Positions 26,762 through 34,964 of a stretch of 52,271 bases of DNA are shown piece after piece. This DNA comes from Nitrospirota bacterium. GTDB lineage: Bacteria; Nitrospirota; 9FT-COMBO-42-15; HDB-SIOI813. The translations under genes were made by a program, and so were the position numbers. The stretch spans positions 1 to 52,271 of the forward strand of contig JACRHF010000041.1 of NCBI GenBank assembly GCA_016217665.1, in the 5' to 3' direction. Under the pieces are notes generated by a model. The model had not been told where the DNA came from, did not search any database, and saw nothing but the letters and a program-made list of their open reading frames with translations. The number at the start of each line of letters is the position of its first letter. The first letter of the stretch is position 1.

Positions 26762-27772
26762 ATGGCTAAGAAATATTTTTTTGGAGTGATGCTCCTGATC
26801 GGGGCAATGATTATCGGTACTCCTACGGGGAGTGATGCCGCAGATGAGGTTGCAAAACTGACGACAGCTCCTGAAGTGCCGCCGGCAATTACACGGCCTG
26901 GAGGGGCTAATGTCACTGTAGAACTGGAGACGACTGAAGTGAAAGGGCAATTGGCAGATGGCGTGGAATATACGTACTGGACATTTGGCGGAACAGTTCC
27001 AGGTCCAATGATCCGCGTTAAGGTGGGAGATAATATTACTTTCACCCTAAAGAACAGTGATGCAAGCAAAAATCCGCACTCGATAGATTTGCATGCTGTA
27101 ACAGGTCCTGGCGGCGGCGCTAAGGCCACCCTGACACTTCCGGGTGGGAAAACAGGGTTTTTCTTCAAGGCGCTGAATCCTGGTTTATATGTCTACCATT
27201 GTGCCGCTCCCCATATCCCGACCCATATTGCGAACGGGATGTACGGCCTCATCCTGGTAGATCCGGAAAAAGGTCTTCCCAAGGTAGACAAGGAATACTA
27301 TATCGTCCAGGGAGATTTCTATACGACCGGCAATACAGGTGAGAAAGGTGCGCAGGGTTTCTCTGTAGAGAAGGCAAGGGCAGAACAACCTACCTATGTT
27401 AAGTTTAATCCCATGGCTACCCCGGGTAATTTGAAGGCTAAAGTTGGGGAGAAGGTACGTCTCTATGTAGGCAATGGCGGCCCTAACCTTACATCGGCCT
27501 TTCATGTTATTGGGGAGATCTTTGACACGGTATATCAACTGGGCGCTGTAGGTTCTGACCCTGCCAAGAATGTCCAGACCACACTCATTCCACCGGGTGG
27601 TGCGGCGATTGTTGACTTCAAAGTGGATGTTCCAGGCAACTATATCCTTGTTGACCATGCCATCTTCCGGGCCATTGACAAGGGCGCTGTAGGGATCCTT
27701 GAGGTTGCAGGGCCCGATGTGCCGAATGTTTTCAAACCTCTCAAGACCGGGGGAGCTGATGCCGGGCATTAA
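26762..27772 (+). CDS. nirK: copper-containing nitrite reductase
   Basis: Type-1/type-2 Cu ligand pattern: HSIDLH (with the catalytic Asp), [18 protein letters not shown] (H-C...H...M), [10 protein letters not shown] (catalytic His) and LVDHAIF (third T2Cu His). A signal peptide is present. Confidence 0.85.
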   Translation: MAKKYFFGVMLLIGAMIIGTPTGSDAADEVAKLTTAPEVPPAITRPGGANVTVELETTEVKGQLADGVEYTYWTFGGTVPGPMIRVKVGDNITFTLKNSDASKNPHSIDLHAVTGPGGGAKATLTLPGGKTGFFFKALNPGLYVYHCAAPHIPTHIANGMYGLILVDPEKGLPKVDKEYYIVQGDFYTTGNTGEKGAQGFSVEKARAEQPTYVKFNPMATPGNLKAKVGEKVRLYVGNGGPNLTSAFHVIGEIFDTVYQLGAVGSDPAKNVQTTLIPPGGAAIVDFKVDVPGNYILVDHAIFRAIDKGAVGILEVAGPDVPNVFKPLKTGGADAGH

Positions 27773-27799
27773 TAGAGCAGGAATGTGAGGTAAAGGCAA

Positions 27800-29074
27800 A
27801 TGAAGCGAAAAAGATTATGGCTAATTCTGTTAACGATATTCGTTGTGGCAGGGTTGGTTAGTATCAGTTATGCCGAGGTGAAGTTAGGCGGAGAGCTGCG
27901 GGTACGGGGTGTTATGGTGGACAACAGTGACACGACCACTGCTGGCGCTAAGAAAGATGGAGGGTATTTTGAGCAGAGGACCCGGCTCAATGCAGATGCC
28001 TCGGTGGATGAGAATGCAAAGATCGTCATCCAGATTCAGGACAGCAGGAAGTGGGGAGAGAAAAAAGCTACTGGTGATAATACACTTGTAACTGGTCAGG
28101 ATGCCGAGGCCTTGGACCTTGCTCAGGGCTATGTGGAGATCGGAAAACTCTTCGATCAGCCGCTCTCAGTACGGTTGGGTCGCCAGGCCATGGCTTACGG
28201 CGAACACAGGCTTATCGGCACACTGGAGTGGAGCAACAATGCCAGGAGGTTTGACGCGCTGAAGTTTATCTACAAGCATGATGTCGTTGATGTGGATGTA
28301 TGGACGGCTAAGGTAGCAGAGAGTGGAGAAGACTGGGGGAACGATGATAATTTGAATGGCGTCTATGTGACTCTGAAGAGTATCCCCAAAAATGCTGTAG
28401 ATCTCTATCTGCTCCAGAAGATAGCAGGTGCTACTAACCTTAACTTCTATACTATCGGAGCCAGGGTAAAGGGTGGCGTTGAGAACGTCAACGTGGACTA
28501 TACAGCAGAGGTTGCCGTACAGACAGGTGATGCCAGCACTAATGTAGATAAAGGGGCTTCAGCCTATGCCATCAGGGCAGGTTATACAGTACCTAATGTT
28601 AAGGGATTAAGGGCAGGCGTAGAGTATGATGCCGCAACAGGGGACAAGTGTGTCACCTTTACTGGTACTACGTGTACCGACTCTGGCACTAAGAATGAGG
28701 CATTTGACAATCTCTATCCAACCAATCATTACCTCTATGGCTTTACAGATGATGTGAACTGGACCAATACGAATGCCTGGTCTCTCAATGTTAGCTTAAA
28801 GCCTATGGATAAGGTTAATCTCGCCGTTGAGTACTGGAACTATAAGACTGATCAGGAAAATTCAGCGGGTAAAGATGACAATGGAACGGAGATAAATGGG
28901 AAGCTTAATTATGAGCTGAGCAAGAATATTACATGTGAAGCGGCCTATGCGCTACGGGATGCTGGTGATTCAGCAGGACCAGCAAAAGCTTACGATAGCA
29001 GTACCTTTGGGAATATCCCGGCGGATAAAAGCGCATCCTTCGGTTATTTTTTGATTAATGTGAAGTTTAACTAA
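27800..29074 (+). CDS. outer-membrane beta-barrel porin, alginate-export-like family
   Basis: Signal peptide; LSVRLGRQAMAYGEHRLIGTLEWSNNARRFDALKF is characteristic of the family; the C-terminal residue is aromatic (KFN). Confidence 0.7.
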   Translation: MKRKRLWLILLTIFVVAGLVSISYAEVKLGGELRVRGVMVDNSDTTTAGAKKDGGYFEQRTRLNADASVDENAKIVIQIQDSRKWGEKKATGDNTLVTGQDAEALDLAQGYVEIGKLFDQPLSVRLGRQAMAYGEHRLIGTLEWSNNARRFDALKFIYKHDVVDVDVWTAKVAESGEDWGNDDNLNGVYVTLKSIPKNAVDLYLLQKIAGATNLNFYTIGARVKGGVENVNVDYTAEVAVQTGDASTNVDKGASAYAIRAGYTVPNVKGLRAGVEYDAATGDKCVTFTGTTCTDSGTKNEAFDNLYPTNHYLYGFTDDVNWTNTNAWSLNVSLKPMDKVNLAVEYWNYKTDQENSAGKDDNGTEINGKLNYELSKNITCEAAYALRDAGDSAGPAKAYDSSTFGNIPADKSASFGYFLINVKFN

Positions 29075-29133
29075 GTTGCCAAAAGACTCTACCTGGGCCT
29101 ATCTCTCATGGGTACGGTGAGCTTCTAATAGAA

Positions 29134-29158
29134 GGGGAAAGGGGCTTCCCCTTTCCCC
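29134..29158 (+). terminator. terminator-like GC hairpin after the porin gene
   Basis: GGGGAAAGGGG CTT CCCCTTTCCCC, an 11-bp stem. There is no clear T-run. Confidence 0.5.
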
Positions 29159-29172
29159 GCTTGGCACTGATC

Positions 29173-29190
29173 AGTTACCAGGCGGTAACT
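29173..29190. promoter_or_regulatory. second copy of the candidate UAS palindrome AGTTACC-N4-GGTAACT
   Basis: A 7-bp perfect inverted repeat, followed by direct GTAACTTCTT repeats at about 29185 and 29209. It is centred about 130 bp upstream of the TGGTAT element at 29310. Confidence 0.45.
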
Positions 29191-29309
29191 TCTTAAGTAA
29201 CCATACAGTAACTTCTTGCTCTATAAGAGAGATGTATTAAATGATGTACTCTTTTATTTTTCTCTTATGTATTGCCAGGTTATAAAGCTGATTTTCAATA
29301 TACATCTTT

Positions 29310-29325
29310 TGGTATCTGTCTTGAA
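29310..29325 (+). promoter_or_regulatory. possible sigma54-type promoter for the HCO-like/cyoE/sco/NOR-like operon
   Basis: TGGTAT-CTGTC-TTGAA has the same -24 hexamer as the 26173 promoter with correct spacing, but the -12 element is GA instead of GC. It lies ~61 nt upstream of the ATG at 29386. Confidence 0.35.
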
Positions 29326-29385
29326 TAAGTAATGACTACCTCGAGATCGTGATTCTAACCACAGAATGGAATAGAGGATAGATTT

Positions 29386-30810
29386 ATGATGCTAAAAGAG
29401 ATTGATGAAAGAACCGGCACTTTGTTATATGGATGGCTATTACTTGCCATCTCTTCTCTCGTATTTGCAGGGGTTTTTGCCTTTTTGATAGCCATGTCAA
29501 GGACCCCTCTGATTCAGGATTTTTTCTGGATAAAGGATTTTTTTCATAAAGGTCTTGTAGGCCATGTGATCCTGGCTTTTGTAATCTGGTTCCTCTCTTT
29601 TATGGGTGTGCTCTCGATAGTCTCTGCAGGATTAATTAGAAAAGGGAACTCCGGATTCAAGATGGGGTGGATAGGCCTTTTTAGTTCTTCAATAGGTACG
29701 TTTATGATAATAATCTCCACCCTCTCCGGATGGGGTTCTCCAAGACTTGCCAATTACATCCCTGTCTTGACCCATCCCATGTTTTATTTAGGGCTATTTC
29801 TTTTTGCTGCCGGCATATTTCTCCTTCTACTTGATATCCTACCAAATATCTTTAAGGACATTAACGAAAATGGGTCATCACTGATTGCCCATGGTATGGC
29901 CATAGCCGGGTTAACGGTCTTAATCGCCTTTATATGCTTTGGACTTGCATACTATTTTCTCCCCTCGCCGCAAATAGAAGGAGTTAATTTTGAGCTCCTC
30001 TTCTGGGGGGGGGGACATATACTTCAATTTACTAATACCATTTCGATGGTCGTTGTGTGGATTTTTTTGCTTCATTTAACCCTGGGGATTTTTCCCCTGC
30101 GGGAAGGCCTCATAAGAGTCCTTTTATGGGCCTATCTCTTATGTGTCCTTCCCGCCCCTCTTTACTTTTTCATTTATGACATCTCCACCCCGGAATATAA
30201 AAACAGCTTTACCCGTCTTATGGAATTTGGCATCGGTCCTCCAACAGGGATCATTATTATATCTATTATAGCGGCAATCATAAGACAGAGGATTCAGAAT
30301 AGAGAAAAACTCCCCTGGGGAAATCCCATGTTCTCTTCACTTGCCTTGTCTGTCTTAGTCTTTACACTGGGCGGGGTTATCTCCATGACCATAAGGGGTA
30401 GTAATGTGAAGATACCGGCCCACTATCATAGCGTAATAGGTGCAGTGACCCTTGCCTTTATGGGCATTACCTATCATCTCCTATCTTTGATAGACAGAGA
30501 GATCTATATGAAAAAGATTGGCAGGATTCAGCCTTATTTGTATGGTATGGGTGTATTAATATTTTCCCTGGGGCTCTTCTGGGCAGGTTCACACGGGGTT
30601 CCAAGAAAGACTGCCGGGGTTGCACAGAATCTTGATTCATACGGTAAGCTTGCTGGAATGGGTCTTATGGGACTCGGAGGGATTATTGCAATACTGGGAG
30701 GCGCAACCTTTGTCATTAATGCCATTTTCTCACTGTTAAAACGTAGAAAGACAGAAAATGTTGGGGCAGAAGAGGAGACTTATGGTAAAGAATATTCTGT
30801 CAATATTTAA
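29386..30810 (+). CDS. heme-copper oxidase subunit-I homologue lacking two of the three CuB histidines (paralogue A)
   Basis: 12-TM protein with the helix-II His (GLVGHVILAF), helix-VI LFWGGGHILQF and helix-X AHYHSVIG. Where B-family enzymes have HH, it has PLYFFIYDISTPEY. It is a paralogue of 44095-45492. Confidence 0.75.
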   Translation: MMLKEIDERTGTLLYGWLLLAISSLVFAGVFAFLIAMSRTPLIQDFFWIKDFFHKGLVGHVILAFVIWFLSFMGVLSIVSAGLIRKGNSGFKMGWIGLFSSSIGTFMIIISTLSGWGSPRLANYIPVLTHPMFYLGLFLFAAGIFLLLLDILPNIFKDINENGSSLIAHGMAIAGLTVLIAFICFGLAYYFLPSPQIEGVNFELLFWGGGHILQFTNTISMVVVWIFLLHLTLGIFPLREGLIRVLLWAYLLCVLPAPLYFFIYDISTPEYKNSFTRLMEFGIGPPTGIIIISIIAAIIRQRIQNREKLPWGNPMFSSLALSVLVFTLGGVISMTIRGSNVKIPAHYHSVIGAVTLAFMGITYHLLSLIDREIYMKKIGRIQPYLYGMGVLIFSLGLFWAGSHGVPRKTAGVAQNLDSYGKLAGMGLMGLGGIIAILGGATFVINAIFSLLKRRKTENVGAEEETYGKEYSVNI

Positions 30811-31639
30811 GATCAGGATAGGGATGCTGATCTCTTTCAGTGCTGTGGCAGGATATATTGTTGCTGAAAAGGGGACACCTTCTTTCCCCAGGATTTTCCT
30901 TCTTGCTGTGTTGACCCTTATGGCATCAGCCGGCGCAGGCGCTTACAATCAATACTACGACAGAGACATAGACGCGGTTATGAAAAGAACGGATAACCGC
31001 CCGTTACCATTGGGGGGAATCCGCTTAACTCATGGTGTAGCTTTTGCAGGAATCTTCCTCATCTTCCTGTCAGTTATCGGTGCCTTTTTCACTTTAAATT
31101 ACGTAGTATCACTGCATCTGTTTCTCGGTGCCTTTGTCTATGCAGTTATATACACAGTGTGGCTTAAGAGGCGAAGCTGGATCAATATAATAATCGGCGG
31201 GTTATCCGGCAGTTTTGCCGTACTTGCCGGAGGGGCGTCAGCGAACCCGGGGTTTTGTCTGCCTCCGATACTCCTTGCTGTTGTCTTATTTTTCTGGACT
31301 CCATCTCACTTCTGGAGTTTTGCTATAGTCCATAAAGAGGATTATCAAAAGGTCGGCATCCCAATGCTCCCTGTTATCCTCGATAATCATAAAAGCGCTT
31401 TATTGATACTATTAAACACCTTGTTCCTGTTTATCTCCTCACTGTTTCTTCTCTTTTTCGGCCATCTCGGTTTAATTTACGGTGTAATCGCCGTGTGTAC
31501 AGGAGTCTTTTTTATTGGAAGAAATCTTCAGCTCCTGATAAACCCAACAAAAGAAATCGCGTGGAAGAATTTTAAGGCATCTATAATCTATTTATCAATA
31601 ATCTTCATCGCTGTGATAGTAGACGTCAGTCTGAGCTAA
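30782..31639 (+). CDS. cyoE: protoheme IX farnesyltransferase (heme O synthase)
   Basis: UbiA-family motif NQYYDRDIDAVMKRTDNRPLP. A GAGGAG Shine-Dalgarno precedes the ATG at 30782. Confidence 0.88.
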   Translation: MVKNILSIFKIRIGMLISFSAVAGYIVAEKGTPSFPRIFLLAVLTLMASAGAGAYNQYYDRDIDAVMKRTDNRPLPLGGIRLTHGVAFAGIFLIFLSVIGAFFTLNYVVSLHLFLGAFVYAVIYTVWLKRRSWINIIIGGLSGSFAVLAGGASANPGFCLPPILLAVVLFFWTPSHFWSFAIVHKEDYQKVGIPMLPVILDNHKSALLILLNTLFLFISSLFLLFFGHLGLIYGVIAVCTGVFFIGRNLQLLINPTKEIAWKNFKASIIYLSIIFIAVIVDVSLS

Positions 31640-31641
31640 AG

Positions 31642-32553
31642 ATGATAAAAGGAATAAAAGGAATAAAAGGAATAATATTATCTATCCTGATCGTCTATTT
31701 TTATTTCACTACGATTACCCCTACCTTTTCCTCCGCCTTTGCCTCACAGCCTGAAGATTCAGAGGCGATCAGAGCAATGATGGCTGCTGAACAGTCAGTA
31801 GGGAAACAGATAGTGGATTATGTTTTTACAGACCAGGATGGAAACAGGTTTCATTTAAAGGATCTGTATAACAAACCTCTCATTATCAGTTTTGTCTACA
31901 CAAATTGTCCCCATACCTGTTCAACGATTACAGCAAGCCTGGCCGCTGCAGTAAAAGAAATCGAGAATCCACAACCCCCCCTTAATCCCCCTTTACTAAA
32001 GGGGGAAAGAGGGGGATTTGATGTTATGACCATAGGATTTGATTATGAGAGAGATACACCAGAGAGGATGCTGGAGTTTGGCAAGAGATTTACTAATGAC
32101 TTTAGCCACTGGAAGTTTGTAACTGCAGATAGAGATACCATCGAAAGATTCTCAAGGGATATTGGATTTTATTACACCAAAAGAGGGAATGATTTTAGTC
32201 ATTTAAATATGATCTCTATGATAGCAGGTGGGAAAGTATATCAACATATTTACGGGGTCAATATTAAGAGCAGTGATATTGTTACTCCATTAAATGAACT
32301 ATTGACAAAGAGAAGCGAAGGAAAAAGGCTGGCAAATCCTATAGGCTGGCGGGACAGGCTGATAACCATGTGTTCTTTGTACGATGAGTCTACTCAGACT
32401 TACAGGATCAATTACTACTATATAATCAGATTCTTTTTAGAACTTATGTCTCTCGCTGCTATCTTTTTCTTCATGTGGAAGAGGGAGGTCTATTCCCTTT
32501 ATACCCGTGTGATGATGACAATGGTAAGGATAAAAAGGAGAGGATATGCGTAA
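31642..32553 (+). CDS. SCO1/SenC copper chaperone with an in-frame repeat insertion and a C-terminal TM extension
   Basis: Thioredoxin-like CPHTC motif and conserved His (FSHLN). The insert is PQPPLNPPLLKGERGGFD. The N-terminus carries IKGIKGIKG from a 9-bp x3 tandem repeat (31645-31671). Confidence 0.8.
   Translation: MIKGIKGIKGIILSILIVYFYFTTITPTFSSAFASQPEDSEAIRAMMAAEQSVGKQIVDYVFTDQDGNRFHLKDLYNKPLIISFVYTNCPHTCSTITASLAAAVKEIENPQPPLNPPLLKGERGGFDVMTIGFDYERDTPERMLEFGKRFTNDFSHWKFVTADRDTIERFSRDIGFYYTKRGNDFSHLNMISMIAGGKVYQHIYGVNIKSSDIVTPLNELLTKRSEGKRLANPIGWRDRLITMCSLYDESTQTYRINYYYIIRFFLELMSLAAIFFFMWKREVYSLYTRVMMTMVRIKRRGYA
31973..32019. repeat. G/C-run palindromic element inside the SCO1 gene
   Basis: AACCCCCCCTTAATCCCCCTTTACTAAAGGGGGAAAGAGGGGGATTT, read in the same frame (PLNPPLLKGE) as the lipB copy. 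Confidence 0.85.
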
Positions 32554-32585
32554 TTAAAAACCCTTTGGAAGGAGGTGAAAAGATA

Positions 32586-32750
32586 ATGCCTGAAGAAAAA
32601 AAGATTTCCGGGTGGCAGGTTTTAATGGATGATATTTCTATGCTGTTTCTACTGGGGGTGGTAATTCCAACAGTGCTTTATGTTATATGGGGAGTTATGG
32701 AGTATGCATTTGCTCCGACATTTTCTCTTCCACCAGGTCCCACACCCTAA
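32586..32750 (+). CDS. small single-TM protein in the position of ba3-type subunit IIa
   Basis: 54 aa, MPEEKKISGWQVLMDDISMLFLLGVVIPTVLYVIWGV. An AGGAGGTG Shine-Dalgarno lies 7 nt upstream. The longer track ORF (from 32475) overlaps the end of SCO1. Confidence 0.55.
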   Translation: MPEEKKISGWQVLMDDISMLFLLGVVIPTVLYVIWGVMEYAFAPTFSLPPGPTP

Positions 32751-32781
32751 TCATTTAATTTAATCTAAATGGAGGAAAATT

Positions 32782-33306
32782 ATGCCGATAACATCTCCTG
32801 AAAAATACTGGTGGAAACCAGCAGATAAGGAAGAAAAAATATGGATTTCCATCGCATTATTATGGTGCCTTGTGCTGACGATCATGATGCCCCTTATGCA
32901 TCTAATAGGTACTCAGAACCCTTCAGTCAATCCGATGAAGATCAGACCACAGGATTACAGGACAGTGAGTGAGGCATTTATAGAAAAATATAAGGTTGGA
33001 GAAGAGCAGGGTATTCCTGTTGTTGAACCACCTGATGGCGCAGATGTGTACCTTAGGGCGCAGATGTGGACATGGACTCCTATACTGAAACTCAAGAAGG
33101 GTGTAAATTATAAGTTCCATATATCGTCAGTGGACCTGATGCATGGATTTTCACTGATGCCGCTTGTTATGAATTTTCAGGTAGTGCCAGGCCATGACAA
33201 TATATTAAACATGACGCCTACATCAGCCGGGACATTCCATATCATCTGTAATGAGTTTTGTGGGATAGGCCACCATACAATGGTAGGTAAAATAATCGTG
33301 AGTTAG
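32782..33306 (+). CDS. B-family-type HCO subunit II (single TM plus cupredoxin with a CuA site)
   Basis: VDLMHGF and CNEFCGIGHHTM give the H...C-x3-C-x3-H-x2-M CuA ligands. Size and layout resemble ba3 subunit II. Confidence 0.85.
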   Translation: MPITSPEKYWWKPADKEEKIWISIALLWCLVLTIMMPLMHLIGTQNPSVNPMKIRPQDYRTVSEAFIEKYKVGEEQGIPVVEPPDGADVYLRAQMWTWTPILKLKKGVNYKFHISSVDLMHGFSLMPLVMNFQVVPGHDNILNMTPTSAGTFHIICNEFCGIGHHTMVGKIIVS

Positions 33307-33369
33307 GGGAGGAACTGCCTCTTTCTGTGCAGCATTCTCTAACACTTTTGGAAAAGGGGGGTAGAAAAG

Positions 33370-34905
33370 ATGGCAAGTGAATTAGTGTTTAGAACCTGTC
33401 CCATTACAGGGAAAAAGGTTTATGCAGTCACTCAAAACCTGATATGGATAAATGCAGTAACAGCAGTAGTGTTTATCCTTGTAGGCGGGATAATGGCATT
33501 TCTGGTTGGGATGACACGCTGGCCTGCAGTCCATCTGCTGCCTGCTGACCTGTTTTATAGATTCCTGACAGCCCATGGACTGAATATGCTCATATTCTGG
33601 ATCATATTCTTTGAGATAGCAGGTCTATATTTCGGATCTTCAGTTTTGCTTAATTCAAGACTTGCGGCGCCAAAGGTTGCATGGCTGGCATATATCCTGA
33701 TGCTTGTTGGGGCAGTTCTGGTTGATATCATGGTATTCACCGGTAAGGCAGACGTAATGTTCAGCTCTTATGTCCCGTTGCAGGCTGATCCGAAATACTA
33801 CCTTGGGATTATCCTTTTTGCTGTCGGCGCCCTGATAGGATGCGGCATCTTTTTTGGGACATTGGCAATAGCCAAGGCAGAAAAGACCTATGAGGGGTCT
33901 GTTCCTCTGGTCACTTTTGGTTTAGCTGCGGCTGCCATCATTGCTGTTTTCACCCTCGCATGTGGCGCCATAATTTATATACCGACATTCCTGTGGTCTC
34001 TTGGGCTGATAACAAACTTAGACCCGGGTGTATACAGGTTAATCTTCTGGGGAATGGGCCATTCGTCTCAACAGATAAACGTAACAGCAATGGTCTCTAT
34101 ATGGTATCTCTTAGGAGCGTTGACTGTTGGGGCAAAGCCTGTTAATGAGAAGATATGCAGAAGCGCATTTTTCCTTTATATCTTGTTTATCAATCTTGCT
34201 TCAGAGCATCACCTTCTGACAGACCCTACTTTAAGTCCGTACCATAAGATGGTAAATACCTCTTACTTCATGTATCTGGCGGTGCTTGCCAGTATGATCC
34301 ATGCCCTGGCAATCCCAATGATGGTTGAGGTTGCCCAGCGGAAGAAGGGATTTACAAAAGGACTATTTGAATGGCTCACAAAGGCGCCATGGGGCGAACC
34401 TGGTTTTCCAGCCATGATCTTTTCCCTCTTCATATTCGGTTTTATAGGTGGTATCACAGGTGTGGTCTATGGTACAGAACAGCTCTCCATAAAGAGTCAT
34501 AACACATGGGCTATGACTGGTCATTTCCACGCTACTGTTGTAGGTGGAACCACCCTTGCCTTTATGGGCCTTACCTATTATGTGATTCCCCTCATCTTCA
34601 GGCGGGAGCTTATCGGGAAAAAACTGGCTGTCGTCCAGCCGTATATCTTTGGCATTGGAATAATTCTGATTGCATTAGGTATGGGAGGCGCTGGAACACT
34701 GGGTTCACCAAGAAGACACTGGGATATTACCTTTGCTCAGTCAGTTATTCCATTCTCATTTGACCCTGCTGTAATATTTTTTACAACAATAGCTGCCATA
34801 GGTGTATTAACCGCAGTGACAGGCGGGGCCATGTATGTTGGTGTGTCTGTGCTTTCAGTTTTCTTTGGCAGGAAGATGGCCGCCAATGAGGCCAAACTAT
34901 TATAG
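33370..34905 (+). CDS. B-family-like HCO subunit I lacking the His-Tyr cross-link tyrosine (candidate NO reductase or atypical oxidase)
   Basis: Helix VI reads FWGMGHSSQQINV (Gln where ba3 has Tyr). The CuB pair is retained (ASEHHLLTDPTLSPYHKM). Helix X reads TGHFHATVVGG. Confidence 0.8.
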   Translation: MASELVFRTCPITGKKVYAVTQNLIWINAVTAVVFILVGGIMAFLVGMTRWPAVHLLPADLFYRFLTAHGLNMLIFWIIFFEIAGLYFGSSVLLNSRLAAPKVAWLAYILMLVGAVLVDIMVFTGKADVMFSSYVPLQADPKYYLGIILFAVGALIGCGIFFGTLAIAKAEKTYEGSVPLVTFGLAAAAIIAVFTLACGAIIYIPTFLWSLGLITNLDPGVYRLIFWGMGHSSQQINVTAMVSIWYLLGALTVGAKPVNEKICRSAFFLYILFINLASEHHLLTDPTLSPYHKMVNTSYFMYLAVLASMIHALAIPMMVEVAQRKKGFTKGLFEWLTKAPWGEPGFPAMIFSLFIFGFIGGITGVVYGTEQLSIKSHNTWAMTGHFHATVVGGTTLAFMGLTYYVIPLIFRRELIGKKLAVVQPYIFGIGIILIALGMGGAGTLGSPRRHWDITFAQSVIPFSFDPAVIFFTTIAAIGVLTAVTGGAMYVGVSVLSVFFGRKMAANEAKLL

Positions 34906-34964
34906 GTACAGGCAATAGGGTTTCATAAATGATGAGATTGGAAAATTAATAGAGGAGGTTTGTT

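Noticed and set aside
29161-29176. TTGGCAC at 29161-29167, considered as a sigma54 -24 element
   Set aside because: The sequence 12 nt downstream is AGTT, so there is no TTGC/-12 element. It also overlaps the palindrome proposed as the UAS.
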